Source: Minisyncoccia bacterium
Lineage (GTDB): Bacteria; Patescibacteriota; Minisyncoccia; UBA6257; 2-01-FULL-56-20
Assembly: GCA_050008535.1 (NCBI GenBank)
Contig: JBEKML010000001.1
Coordinates: forward strand, 391,050-455,049
Direction of reading: 5' to 3'
Length of the DNA: 64,000 bases
The notes beneath the pieces were generated by a model. That model had not been told where the DNA came from, made no database searches, and saw only the letters and a program-made list of their open reading frames with translations. Positions 18,944 through 27,725 of this stretch are shown here, one piece after another (positions within the stretch are counted from its first letter, which is position 1; every line of letters begins with the position of its first letter). A program made the translations under genes and the position numbers.

Positions 18944-19296
18944 CTGCCATCGCACGATCACGCACGGCGCGGCATTTCCACCTTCTTCTCTTCAAGTTTG
19001 TCAGAATCAGATTGGAAGAGTATTTGATGTTCTGGTTTATCCCCCGGATCCGTCTTGGGGGAGATGATCCTGCGCTTTGCGCGGGAGAACGTGGCCGGAT
19101 CCGTCTTGGCCATGAATCGGAGATCGAAAACTCGACACAATCTTCATGAGGGGGATCTGTACGGAGGCCGAACAAGCCCCACAGATCCTCCGATCACCTA
19201 AGCCCGTTACTTCGAACGTAGTGGGTTGAGGTGATTTTACGAAGGGCCGCGCGCGAGCACGGCCCATTTTGTTGCGCCGCGTTCCTTCAAGAGAAA

Positions 19297-19325
19297 TTGA
19301 CAAGAAACACAATGCGTGATACAAA
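19297..19325 (+). promoter_or_regulatory. sigma70-like promoter (TTGACA-17-TACAAA)
   Basis: ttgaca agaaacacaatgcgtga tacaaa, upstream of the ATG at 19364. Confidence 0.4.
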
Positions 19326-19363
19326 TATGCCAGCTACTCCCAACGACACCGAGGAGAAAAAAG

Positions 19364-20227
19364 ATGATCCCTATCGTCGCAGCATGGATGACCTCCACGG
19401 CCATCTTTTACGCTTTCGCCTGCTACTTTGCCTTTGAATACAAGCGATCGGAAGATTGTCTTCGATCGCCTGCCCTCAGGGCATTGAAGCCAGGCACAAC
19501 CCCAGGGGGGTTCTTCAAAACCACCCTGCTCGTCGCAGTCGTCATGATTCTTGTCCTTTCGGCGATGGTGTTCATCCTTCGGCGTTTCCCGAGGATTTTT
19601 GACACAATAAACGAAGCCGCCGTTTTCTTTTCTTTCTTCGTCCTGCCCTACACATTCAGAAAGAAACAGACTGCTTCGTCTGTCGCAACGATACTCTTCT
19701 TCGCGGGGGAGATCGTGTTTGCGACCGTCGCCACGCGCTACTGGGAAACACATCCCAATTGGATCACGAACAACATCTGCGCTTTCGTTGTCGGGATAGT
19801 GATCCTGCTCACGTTCCGTACCGTCACCAATCGGCAGTGTGCCGCCGTGTCGCTCGGCATCATGGCTTTCGACGCCTTCTCCGTGTTCGTCTCGGGCCAG
19901 ATGCAGCGGCTCGTAGAAGCCACGGGCGATCATGCAGGGACGTCCATCGCTATCCCGGCCGGGCTCTCGCCAGCCAATCCCAGCGTCTTCTCGACCGGAC
20001 TCGGCGACCTGGTGGTGCCGGGATTCGTCGTGCTCCTTGCCTACCGGACCTACGGAAAAAGGGGCGCGGCGGGAGCGATAGCGGGCTATCTGGCGGGGAT
20101 GCTGGTCGCGCTGGTCGCTCTCCTGGCTTCCGACTTTCCTCAGCCAGCAACGATCTATCTCATCCCCGGAGCGTACTTCGGATTCTGGGTCGCGACGGCG
20201 CGGGTAAGAAAACGCCAGCTCGCGTAA
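19364..20227 (+). CDS. presenilin/signal-peptide-peptidase-like (A22, GxGD) intramembrane aspartyl protease homolog
   Basis: Polytopic protein. ...MAFDAFSV... (first Asp), ...STGLGDLVVPG... (GxGD), ...QPATIYLIPGAYFG (PAL-like), with spacing as in archaeal presenilin homologs. Start MIPIVAAW chosen inside track ORF 19316..20227. Confidence 0.55.
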   Translation: MIPIVAAWMTSTAIFYAFACYFAFEYKRSEDCLRSPALRALKPGTTPGGFFKTTLLVAVVMILVLSAMVFILRRFPRIFDTINEAAVFFSFFVLPYTFRKKQTASSVATILFFAGEIVFATVATRYWETHPNWITNNICAFVVGIVILLTFRTVTNRQCAAVSLGIMAFDAFSVFVSGQMQRLVEATGDHAGTSIAIPAGLSPANPSVFSTGLGDLVVPGFVVLLAYRTYGKRGAAGAIAGYLAGMLVALVALLASDFPQPATIYLIPGAYFGFWVATARVRKRQLA

Positions 20228-20361
20228 CATCGCCAATATCGGCAGCGCCGCACGGTTCACCCCCTGCGGCGTTTTGCTTTTTTTGCCCCGCGACGGCTCA
20301 TGGACACAAGAACCTGCCTGGAGCAAATTTGGTTGTTTTCTGCTATATTACTTTATATCGC

Positions 20362-20790
20362 ATGAAGATTTACGTATTAGGCAGTAATAGTTTCGTGAAA
20401 GAAATGGTTGCCCGCAGGGACCAGCTTTGCGCTTTGGGCCACGACGGCTGGATCCATCAGGATTATGAAGATCACGTGAACGGCAAGAAACAAGCCTTCA
20501 TTGAAGGCGCCCTTCCCGGCGAGAGCGCCGATTTCAAACGAGCGCGTGACTATATACGCCAGCACTATAATCACATCCTTAAGAGCGACGCGATCCTTAT
20601 TGTGAACCTGGAGAAGAGAGGGATCAAAAACTACATCGGGGGCAACTGTCTTATGGAGATGGGGATGGCGTACGTGAACAACAAGAGAATATTCCTGTTG
20701 AACGACATCCCGACGGAAACGCCGTACCTTGATGAAATAAAAGCAATGGACCCGATCTGTCTGCACGGAAACCTTTCGGCGATCCAGTAA
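20362..20790 (+). CDS. nucleoside 2-deoxyribosyltransferase-like protein
   Basis: MKIYVLGS...; YIGGNCLMEMGMAY (G-x-x-x-E-x-G catalytic-Glu pattern of the Nuc_deoxyrib_tr fold). Tandem paralog of the next gene. Confidence 0.6.
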   Translation: MKIYVLGSNSFVKEMVARRDQLCALGHDGWIHQDYEDHVNGKKQAFIEGALPGESADFKRARDYIRQHYNHILKSDAILIVNLEKRGIKNYIGGNCLMEMGMAYVNNKRIFLLNDIPTETPYLDEIKAMDPICLHGNLSAIQ

Positions 20791-20793
20791 TCA

Positions 20794-21237
20794 ATGAAGA
20801 AAAAAGCCATCACCATTTGTTCGAGCGCGGCATTTTTCGCGCAGGCGCTTGATGCCGAGAAACAATTGAAGAAAATGGGATTCGCCGTGAAGCTCCCGTA
20901 CACCGCGCTCAAGATGAAAAAGAGCGGCGATTTCCGGGTAGAAACGTACAAAACCTGGTTCAAAGATCCGAAAAGCTACAGCCGGAAAAGTTGGCTCATG
21001 AAGAATCATTTCCGGAAGGTTATGAAGAGCGACGCGGTCCTGGTGATCAATCACGAAAAGAACGGCGTTCCGGGATATATCGGAGGAAATACGCTCATCG
21101 AAATGACCATCGCGTTCCACTATAAGAAGCCGATTTATGTCCTGAATCCCATCTCCGACGATCTCGGGTTCAAGGAAGAAATCTTCGGTCTGCAGCCGAT
21201 ATTCCTGAACGGCGACCTTGGAAAAATAAAACGGTAG
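20794..21237 (+). CDS. nucleoside 2-deoxyribosyltransferase-like protein (paralog)
   Basis: VLVINHEKNGVPGYIGGNTLIEMTIAFH parallels ILIVNLEKRGIKNYIGGNCLMEMGMAY of the previous gene. Confidence 0.6.
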   Translation: MKKKAITICSSAAFFAQALDAEKQLKKMGFAVKLPYTALKMKKSGDFRVETYKTWFKDPKSYSRKSWLMKNHFRKVMKSDAVLVINHEKNGVPGYIGGNTLIEMTIAFHYKKPIYVLNPISDDLGFKEEIFGLQPIFLNGDLGKIKR

Positions 21238-21251
21238 GACGGGTCAGTTTC

Positions 21252-21953
21252 CTATTTGCCGAACCTCCTTTCCCTTTTGGAAAAATCATCAAGTATCGCT
21301 TCAAGCTCTTTTTTCTTGAATGCCGGCCACAAGGTTTGCGTAAAAGCGAATTGAGCGTTCGCGGTTTGCCACATCATAAAGCCAGCCGACCAGTGCGGCT
21401 CACCGCCGGTTCTTACGACGAGATCTACGGGCGGCAACACGCCGGTCCAGAGCGCCTTGCGCAACACCCCATCATTCACTTCGGTTGCCGGATCCTTCTT
21501 TATTTTCTTTATGGCCTCGATCATTTCCCGCTGGCCGTCGTACCCAAAGAGGATCGTCAGATTGCGTTTTTTGAAACGCTCAGTTTGTTCTTCCAGAGCG
21601 CGGGCCAGCGTTCCCAGTTCGTCGTGGCCGGGGAGGATCGATCTCCAGCGTCCGATGAATCTGAACTTCGTCTCGTTTTTGACGAGGTCCTTCGTATCCA
21701 GCTCCCTTCGGAGCCAATCCTTCAATAAAGAAACCAGGAACCTTACTTCGTGCTTTGATCGTTTCGTCAGATTGTCCTCCGATGCCGCCCAAAAGGTGAG
21801 GTAGGGGACACGGTGCTTGAACACCACATCGGCCACTTCATGAAAACGCTCCACGCCTTCTTTATGGCCCCTCCAAGCGAGCAGATGGTGCTGTTTTGCC
21901 CAGCGGCGGTTGCCGTCGGGGATTATGGCGATGTGGTTCGGTATGTTGGTCAT
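21252..21953 (-). CDS. uppS: undecaprenyl diphosphate synthase
   Basis: IPNHIAIIPDGNRRWA (cf. HVAIIMDGNGRWA); 233 aa. Confidence 0.85.
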   Translation of the reverse strand: MTNIPNHIAIIPDGNRRWAKQHHLLAWRGHKEGVERFHEVADVVFKHRVPYLTFWAASEDNLTKRSKHEVRFLVSLLKDWLRRELDTKDLVKNETKFRFIGRWRSILPGHDELGTLARALEEQTERFKKRNLTILFGYDGQREMIEAIKKIKKDPATEVNDGVLRKALWTGVLPPVDLVVRTGGEPHWSAGFMMWQTANAQFAFTQTLWPAFKKKELEAILDDFSKRERRFGK

Positions 21954-21975
21954 GTTTAGATTAGAACCTGTCTGG

Positions 21976-22473
21976 CTATGATTTGTAGCGCTTAACTTCC
22001 GCTACGGCCTCATCTCTGCCGAAAAAACCCTCAATGTCCATGGTTTTGTTCTTCTGCACGCCAACTTCTTTGAAAAAGGCGGCAATATCTTCTTTTTCTT
22101 TGTCGCTCAAATCGTTGATAGATTTTAATTTGTCGGCAAGCGGATCTACGGATGGGACAGTAACAAGTTTATTGTCTTGTTCGCCCCTATCTTTCAATCT
22201 GAGAATGCCAAGCGGTTTTACCATAACCACCGTATTCGGCTGAATAGGATATGAACTTAAAACAATGGCGTCAAGCGGATCGTTATCTTCGGCTCTGGTG
22301 TGGGGGATTAATCCGTAGTTGAACGGAAAATGAAATCCGTCATGAAATACATAATCGAGCTTAATGGCTTGCAGGGCCTCGTCATACTCATACTTGTTGG
22401 AACTTCCGGTTGAGATTTCAACAAGAACATTGAATTCCTCGGGCGTGCCGAGCGGGATATTGTTGATGTCCAT
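21976..22473 (-). CDS. ppa: inorganic pyrophosphatase (family I)
   Basis: VLVEISTGSSNKYEYD, DNDPLDAIVLS; 165 aa. Confidence 0.85.
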   Translation of the reverse strand: MDINNIPLGTPEEFNVLVEISTGSSNKYEYDEALQAIKLDYVFHDGFHFPFNYGLIPHTRAEDNDPLDAIVLSSYPIQPNTVVMVKPLGILRLKDRGEQDNKLVTVPSVDPLADKLKSINDLSDKEKEDIAAFFKEVGVQKNKTMDIEGFFGRDEAVAEVKRYKS

Positions 22474-22518
22474 AATCTGATTGTATCAGAAAGGATTACT
22501 TTTTGCCCCGGCAATTGA

Positions 22519-22547
22519 TTGACAGTTATGAAAAAACGTGATATATT
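22519..22547 (+). promoter_or_regulatory. sigma70-like promoter (TTGACA-17-TATATT) with SD GGAGGA
   Basis: ttgaca gttatgaaaaaacgtga tatatt; ggagga lies 8 nt before the ATG at 22587. Confidence 0.45.
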
Positions 22548-22586
22548 CTTCGCAGTTCGCCAAAATTCAGTTCGGAGGATAGATCA

Positions 22587-24017
22587 ATGAGATTCATCTA
22601 CGTTACCGACCTGCACGGCAACCGCAAGGCGGTCGAACAGGTCCTCGAACGTGCCACCCAGAAGCAGGCAGATGCCATTGTCTTCGGGGGCGATCTGACT
22701 CCGAACGCAGTGGCTGCAAAGCTGGCAGTTGATTACGATGACGAAACGCGGGGCGGTGAGTTGTTGCCCTGGAACGCGCTGAAACGGGACCCCATTACTA
22801 GGAGCTTCCACGCGGGGCTCCTCAAGCTCAGAGAGCTGAATGCGCAACACGGAAAGCGAGAGCTCGAGGAAATGCTCCGGCGGCAAGGATACATGATCTA
22901 TGAAGTGAGCAATCACTTCTATGAATTGGAATCCCTGCTTCTCGAGCAACTTGTCCTGGAGAAGCTCTGGTCCTTCTTTGTGAAGAGCGAGAAGATTACG
23001 CTCTCCGAGGAAGAACTTCAGATAGTGAGGGAATGCGTCGTTGAGTGGATGAGGGAGTGCGAGATGGCTTGGAGCAGGGAACAACGCGAGTTCTTCCTCT
23101 GTAGATGCAGGGCTGCCTTCCGTGTCGACCACTCTGATTTCGCAATGATGGCACCCTCGCGACACCTTGAATACTGTCTCCTCTTTGCCGGGGCCGACCA
23201 GAGCCAGATCGCCGAACTCCTGCATTCCGTACGGGAAGTGCTCGGCCGTTTCGATTCCAGTGGTGCAGCGATGTTCAAGGAGGCATTCTGGAGATTTCAG
23301 GATGACTTTTTGAATTCGCCAAACTACCAAACGCTCATCGAAGGGGGCCTTCTCTCGCAGCTTGCCGCATATTCCTCCGTCACAGAGTTGAGGAGGCAGT
23401 CGGAGAGTGAAGAAGTAATCCGTCGCGGACAGGCCGAATTCCTTGAACAGTTTTTCCTTCCCGCCGTCTGTGGTTGGAAGGCAGGGCATCCCGGCGCGCA
23501 GGTTTTTGCGATGCTCGGCAACGACGACCTCGTTGAGAACGATTTTGTCATGCAGAGAGCTCATGATCAGGGAGCGCTCACGTATCTGTGTGACAGGGTG
23601 GGCGAGCTGTCGCCCGGGCTCATGATCGCGGGCTACTCGTTTGTGGAGGGTCTCCCCGAAGGAGTAACCTATCGAAACTGGGAGAGGAGCGGCAGGGAGA
23701 TGCTTGTCGACCTCACTAGGCTCCAAGGAATGGCCGGGGGTGCACCGCTCGTGTGGTGTATCCATCAACCGCCACTTGGGTATCTTGATAACACCGACGG
23801 AGGGAACGTGGGGAGCAGGACAGTGCGAGACTTTTTGCTCCAAACTAAACCTCCCCTGGCGTTGTTCGGGCACATCCACGAAGCAACTCGGCTCGCCAGA
23901 ACCGCCACCGTTCGTCTTGGTGACACGCTCTGCGTGAATCCGGGGGCGGAACATCACAAATCGCTCGATGCCGTGATCGTCAACACCGCCGACTTTACTG
24001 TTGAGCGGATCTTATGA
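22587..24017 (+). CDS. metallophosphoesterase (calcineurin-like) with long insert
   Basis: IYVTDLHGN ... GGDLT ... GNDD ... GHIHE motifs; 476 aa. Confidence 0.6.
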   Translation: MRFIYVTDLHGNRKAVEQVLERATQKQADAIVFGGDLTPNAVAAKLAVDYDDETRGGELLPWNALKRDPITRSFHAGLLKLRELNAQHGKRELEEMLRRQGYMIYEVSNHFYELESLLLEQLVLEKLWSFFVKSEKITLSEEELQIVRECVVEWMRECEMAWSREQREFFLCRCRAAFRVDHSDFAMMAPSRHLEYCLLFAGADQSQIAELLHSVREVLGRFDSSGAAMFKEAFWRFQDDFLNSPNYQTLIEGGLLSQLAAYSSVTELRRQSESEEVIRRGQAEFLEQFFLPAVCGWKAGHPGAQVFAMLGNDDLVENDFVMQRAHDQGALTYLCDRVGELSPGLMIAGYSFVEGLPEGVTYRNWERSGREMLVDLTRLQGMAGGAPLVWCIHQPPLGYLDNTDGGNVGSRTVRDFLLQTKPPLALFGHIHEATRLARTATVRLGDTLCVNPGAEHHKSLDAVIVNTADFTVERIL

Positions 24018-24029
24018 AAGGAGAGGATC

Positions 24030-24632
24030 ATGCCGGGACTAGGACTCTCGCTTCGGCACTCACTGGGTCTTTCCCTCCGTTGCGAACAACGCCTTGAACT
24101 CCGGGCACCCTCTCCTGAGGGTGCGCTCACCGGACTAGATGGCATACGCGCCGCGGACAGAATACTCAAGGGATACAACGTAGTCGGGATGCTCGTTGGC
24201 GGCCTCGCCAAGGAGCTTTGGCACGGCACTATCGATGCGGACACGCTCGCGTCTCACAAGGACGTAGATGTTCTCATCCTTTCCTACGACTGCGAACAGC
24301 ATCCGCAGCAGTGGGAAGAGGGCATCGATTGGTGGATCGGCCACACCAGCCAAGAACGTCCCACGAATGGGACTTCGGTCGGGCTGACCTGGATGGTAAG
24401 CCTCGAACCTCATGCAGTCGGAATCCCCAGGGGTTTGTATCTTTGCCCCATCGAGCTTCTGTTGTCCTCGGTTGTGGCAGAGCGGAAGTTCTTTCGGGAG
24501 CATCGGCCAACCATCGTGCGCTTGACGAAGAAATCACCAAGCAACCTGTTGCCGCAGCTTGACCAGCTACAGCTCAGGTGGGACTGGGGGACGAACAACG
24601 CCCCGGTCGCAGAACATTGCAAGCCCCGGTAA
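24030..24632 (+). CDS. hypothetical protein
   Basis: ORF only; high-GC segment. Confidence 0.4.
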   Translation: MPGLGLSLRHSLGLSLRCEQRLELRAPSPEGALTGLDGIRAADRILKGYNVVGMLVGGLAKELWHGTIDADTLASHKDVDVLILSYDCEQHPQQWEEGIDWWIGHTSQERPTNGTSVGLTWMVSLEPHAVGIPRGLYLCPIELLLSSVVAERKFFREHRPTIVRLTKKSPSNLLPQLDQLQLRWDWGTNNAPVAEHCKPR

Positions 24633-24667
24633 GCGGGGATGCGGGACCACTCCATCGTGTTTGGCCC

Positions 24668-24712
24668 CGCTTTTAATTTTACTGGGCGCTCTGGCGGCTG
24701 GACGATGTGATC
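24668..24712 (+). repeat. tRNA-Asn-3'-end-derived repeat, copy A
   Basis: cgcttttaattttactgggcgctctggcggctggacgatgtga. Its end overlaps the stop of the minus-strand gene 24714..25076. Confidence 0.6.
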
Positions 24713-24713
24713 G

Positions 24714-25076
24714 TTATCCCTTCGCCCACGCAACAATCTCGTCAAGATCGGAGATTGATTTTGGATAGAAGATTTTTTTATGGTTGGCTTCGGCCCATTC
24801 TATCTCCGCAAGTGTCCCGCTTGATTTTTCCCATCCGGGGATTACGACCATAGCGTCGGATGCCCTCTGGAGCATTTGCATATCAAGCTCTTTATAAAAT
24901 TCCTCTGGCGCGGTGGTTCGCAACTCAAACCGTGCTGTGTGAAGATGCGGCCCAAAAAAGCCGACGCCGCGGTTAGCAAGGGCAATCGCAAAACTTTCCG
25001 CCTCGCGAATGTTCTTATCTATATTTCTTAGGTCGCCCCCGCCATAATAAGGCCCTGCGATAAAAACTATCTTCAT
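24714..25076 (-). CDS. DUF4406-like / nucleoside 2-deoxyribosyltransferase-fold protein (120 aa)
   Basis: MKIVFIAGPYYGGG...SGTLAEIEWAEANHKKIF. Only this C-terminal part of track ORF 24714..25868 looks like a real protein. Confidence 0.6.
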   Translation of the reverse strand: MKIVFIAGPYYGGGDLRNIDKNIREAESFAIALANRGVGFFGPHLHTARFELRTTAPEEFYKELDMQMLQRASDAMVVIPGWEKSSGTLAEIEWAEANHKKIFYPKSISDLDEIVAWAKG

Positions 25077-25181
25077 AAGGTCATTATAACAAATTTTACT
25101 TGACATACTATTCCCCGAATCGTACCCTGACCGCAGGTCATCCAATGTCCGAAATACGAGTTTTATGGAAAGGGGGAACCT

Positions 25182-25922
25182 ATGCATCCCAATCTCTCGC
25201 CTGCGCTTAACGCCGCAGTACAAGCAGGAACTGACAACCCCGGCATCGACATCAAGACCCAAGCGAGGGGAACGATGTTTGATGTCGTGAGTGGTCACAC
25301 CAAGTACACCATCGTCGTGGTTGATCCCGAAAAACAGGAGATCGCCATGGTAACCGACAACCACAAGATCTCGGGAACCGACCTCTGGTATTACATGGGT
25401 GCCGGTTGGGGCGGCAGCATGATGAAGGTCGGCTGGATCGTCGTCGGCGCCCAGATGCGGATGCGTCGCCTCTCTGGTGGCGCGATCGAGACAAGCCCCG
25501 TCAAGAACTTCTCGTTGCGCAACGAGCCTGAAGAGGCGAGGCGCATCATGGACGAAGCCGAATCCAGAAGGCCGCAGGTCATGACCGAGGATCAAGAACA
25601 CGACCAGGACGCTCAGTTCGCGGAGGCGGCCGAAGAGATCATCAAGGGAGAGTTTCCGCCCGATCAGCAGGGGTGGATTCGCGAGATGGTCGGTCATTTC
25701 GGCAACATCCCCGCGAAGGCAGTCGTGCTGGGGGTTGTTTCTCAAGCCCAGAAGCACGGCAAACTGGATAAGGCCAAGCAACTCCTCGAGCGCGACTGGG
25801 AGAGAGACTGGCGCTTCCAGCCTCCATATGCGGCAGGCGATCCCGAGTTCATGCCGCTCAACGCTCACCGCTGGAACGCACTCTACCGCGAGCTCGGGGT
25901 TCCGCTGCCGAGCCAGGAGTGA
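25182..25922 (+). CDS. hypothetical protein (246 aa)
   Basis: ORF with plausible composition; no family recognised. Confidence 0.5.
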   Translation: MHPNLSPALNAAVQAGTDNPGIDIKTQARGTMFDVVSGHTKYTIVVVDPEKQEIAMVTDNHKISGTDLWYYMGAGWGGSMMKVGWIVVGAQMRMRRLSGGAIETSPVKNFSLRNEPEEARRIMDEAESRRPQVMTEDQEHDQDAQFAEAAEEIIKGEFPPDQQGWIREMVGHFGNIPAKAVVLGVVSQAQKHGKLDKAKQLLERDWERDWRFQPPYAAGDPEFMPLNAHRWNALYRELGVPLPSQE

Positions 25923-26009
25923 ACACCTCGTTTCGGTTCGCGATCAAGATTTCAAATCAGGCGTCCGTCTCGGGATCCTCCGGGGCGCGGCGCCTTTTTC
26001 GTTTGGCCC

Positions 26010-26040
26010 CTCGGTCTGCTGGACGACGTTAGAACCTGTT
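26010..26040 (+). repeat. repeat copy B (internally deleted variant)
   Basis: ctcggtctg|ctggacgacgttagaacctgtt joins the flank-like CTCGGTCTG directly to the CTGGACGA..GAACCTG core. The stop of the minus gene follows 8 nt downstream. Confidence 0.55.
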
Positions 26041-26047
26041 TGGTGGC

Positions 26048-26485
26048 CTAGAACTTTGAATAAATGAGGAGGGAAATGATGATAAGGATAAGATACGGTA
26101 ACCCTACGTGCAAAAGCAGCATATTGCGGACGGCGTTTTTTTTGTCATGAACGGGAAGATTGGGAACCCGAAAATCTTTCGGCAGATCTTTCCCGGAAGA
26201 AAGCGCCTGTAGGGCGTGTTGGACTTCGTTGCGCCGCTTCTTATAGTCGGTGCGGTAGGTTTTGTTATATCCGTCGAAAAACCAGAAAATGAGGGGGACG
26301 AGGGCGCCGATGAGAGCTATTTGGCCCTGCTTGGATTGGAATGCCCAGCCCGCCAGGGCGACCCAAAGGGTTACCGCCCACGTTTTAGTGGTTATAGAAA
26401 GCTGGTCATACTTGTCCACCTGATTTTGCGTAAGGGAAAGCTCCGCCTTCAAAAGATCGTAACGGATGTCGGTGCGGGTTTCCAT
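26048..26485 (-). CDS. hypothetical membrane protein
   Basis: 145 aa with 3 predicted TM segments. Confidence 0.5.
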   Translation of the reverse strand: METRTDIRYDLLKAELSLTQNQVDKYDQLSITTKTWAVTLWVALAGWAFQSKQGQIALIGALVPLIFWFFDGYNKTYRTDYKKRRNEVQHALQALSSGKDLPKDFRVPNLPVHDKKNAVRNMLLLHVGLPYLILIIISLLIYSKF

Positions 26486-26529
26486 TCCTTAAGCATACCA
26501 CTAGACCTAGCTCATCGCTTCTATTGGTT

Positions 26530-26575
26530 GGCTTTGTCCGATACTTTTACTAGCTCCGACGGCTGGACACGGCTC
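26530..26575 (+). repeat. repeat copy C (with flank TTTGTCCGATACTTTTACT)
   Basis: ggctttgtccgatacttttactagctccgacggctggacacggctc, immediately followed by the stop of the minus gene 26577..26906. Confidence 0.6.
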
Positions 26576-26576
26576 C

Positions 26577-26906
26577 CTACTTGAGAGCGGGGAATAATTT
26601 GAGTATGTCCAGCGGATTGACGCCTTTGACCAGCGCGGCGATTACCACAATCAGAAGCGCTACGCCAAGATAATCGCTCCATTCCCACGTTATTTTGCCA
26701 TTATCAATCACAACCTTCAGAGTCTGCGCTCCTCGCCCTTGTGTCCCTTGGCTTTGCATCCTTCGGGTTGGCCAAAAGCCGACTACGGCGACCAGCACCA
26801 AAAGCAAGATCGCAATCAGGGGGGTTATGGACACGAAGCTGGAAAGTAGCCATAAAATAATGGCGGCAATCCCTGCACGGGAAGCGGAAAATTTTATTTT
26901 GCCCAT
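26577..26906 (-). CDS. hypothetical membrane protein
   Basis: 109 aa, TM-rich. Confidence 0.5.
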   Translation of the reverse strand: MGKIKFSASRAGIAAIILWLLSSFVSITPLIAILLLVLVAVVGFWPTRRMQSQGTQGRGAQTLKVVIDNGKITWEWSDYLGVALLIVVIAALVKGVNPLDILKLFPALK

Positions 26907-26950
26907 GTATTGCTAAAAGAGAATCAGATATAACCTCGGCCTTTGAGATT

Positions 26951-26992
26951 AGTATACCATTTGCTCCGGCGGCTGGACGATGTGAGAACCTG
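26951..26992 (+). repeat. repeat copy D (near-consensus)
   Basis: agtataccatttgctccggcggctggacgatgtgagaacctg, directly followed by TATAAT and the rdgB ATG (27005). Confidence 0.65.
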
Positions 26993-27004
26993 TATAATCA
27001 ATAT

Positions 27005-27610
27005 ATGAACAAGAAGCTGCTTATTGTCACTCACAATAAGGGAAAATTTCCCGAAATAATCTCTGAGCTTAAGGGCGTAGCTTTTGATTTTTTAAATTTA
27101 AACGATATTCCCTCTCTCCCGCCAAAATATGAAGTGGAGGAACCCGCGATGACCTTTGAAGGAAATGCCATTATCAAGGCCGTGATACTTGGCAAGAAAA
27201 CGGGACTTATAACTCTTGCCGACGATTCGGGGCTCGAAGTCGACGCATTAAATGGAAAACCCGGAATTTATTCTGCGCGTTATGCGCCAGGAACCGATGA
27301 AGATCGCTATCGAAAGCTTCTGGGCGAACTTAAGAATGTTCCCGACGATAGGCTCGGCGCTCAATTTCATTGCGTCGTTGCCATTTATGATCCTGCCACC
27401 GATAAAATCCGCACATGCGAAGGCGTCTATCGAGGGAGAATTATTCGAGCACCGAGAGGAACGAATGGTTTTGGCTACGACCCTATCTTTTTCAACGAGC
27501 AGCTAAACAAGACAAACGCAGAAATGACGGTTGATGAGAAAAATTCAGTAAGCCATCGCGGCACGGCATTGAGGAAGGCCCGCGAGATTTTAGAAAAAGA
27601 ATTTAGCTAA
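27005..27610 (+). CDS. rdgB: dITP/XTP pyrophosphatase (Ham1/RdgB family)
   Basis: LLIVTHNKGKF..E, ...DDSGLEVDALNGKPGIYSARY..., FGYDPIF..., HRG (Ham1 motifs). Confidence 0.85.
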   Translation: MNKKLLIVTHNKGKFPEIISELKGVAFDFLNLNDIPSLPPKYEVEEPAMTFEGNAIIKAVILGKKTGLITLADDSGLEVDALNGKPGIYSARYAPGTDEDRYRKLLGELKNVPDDRLGAQFHCVVAIYDPATDKIRTCEGVYRGRIIRAPRGTNGFGYDPIFFNEQLNKTNAEMTVDEKNSVSHRGTALRKAREILEKEFS

Positions 27611-27613
27611 TTT

Positions 27614-27645
27614 CCGCTCCGGCAGTTAGACGACATGAGAACCTG
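27614..27645 (+). repeat. repeat copy E
   Basis: cgctccggcagttagacgacatgagaacctg. Confidence 0.6.
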
Positions 27646-27725
27646 CGTGACTAAGAAATGATACTCAAACTGCCGCTGCTTGTTACTGCATCGGTCCCGC
27701 AACTGGAGCGTGGTATAATATAAAC

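Noticed and set aside
19334-20326. 330-aa minus-strand ORF and the 343-aa plus-strand ORF 19759..20790
   Set aside because: Both are Arg/Gly-rich shadows of the presenilin-like gene. Only the last 142 aa of 19759..20790 (from the ATG at 20362) form a credible Ndt-like protein.
22584-23957. 457-aa minus-strand ORF opposite the metallophosphoesterase
   Set aside because: Antisense shadow. The plus strand carries the calcineurin-like motifs (DLHGN, GHIHE).
24714-25868. 384-aa minus-strand ORF
   Set aside because: Only the C-terminal 120 aa (24714..25076) look like a real DUF4406/Ndt-fold protein. The upstream 260 aa are Arg/Leu-rich shadow overlapping the plus-strand gene 25182..25922.
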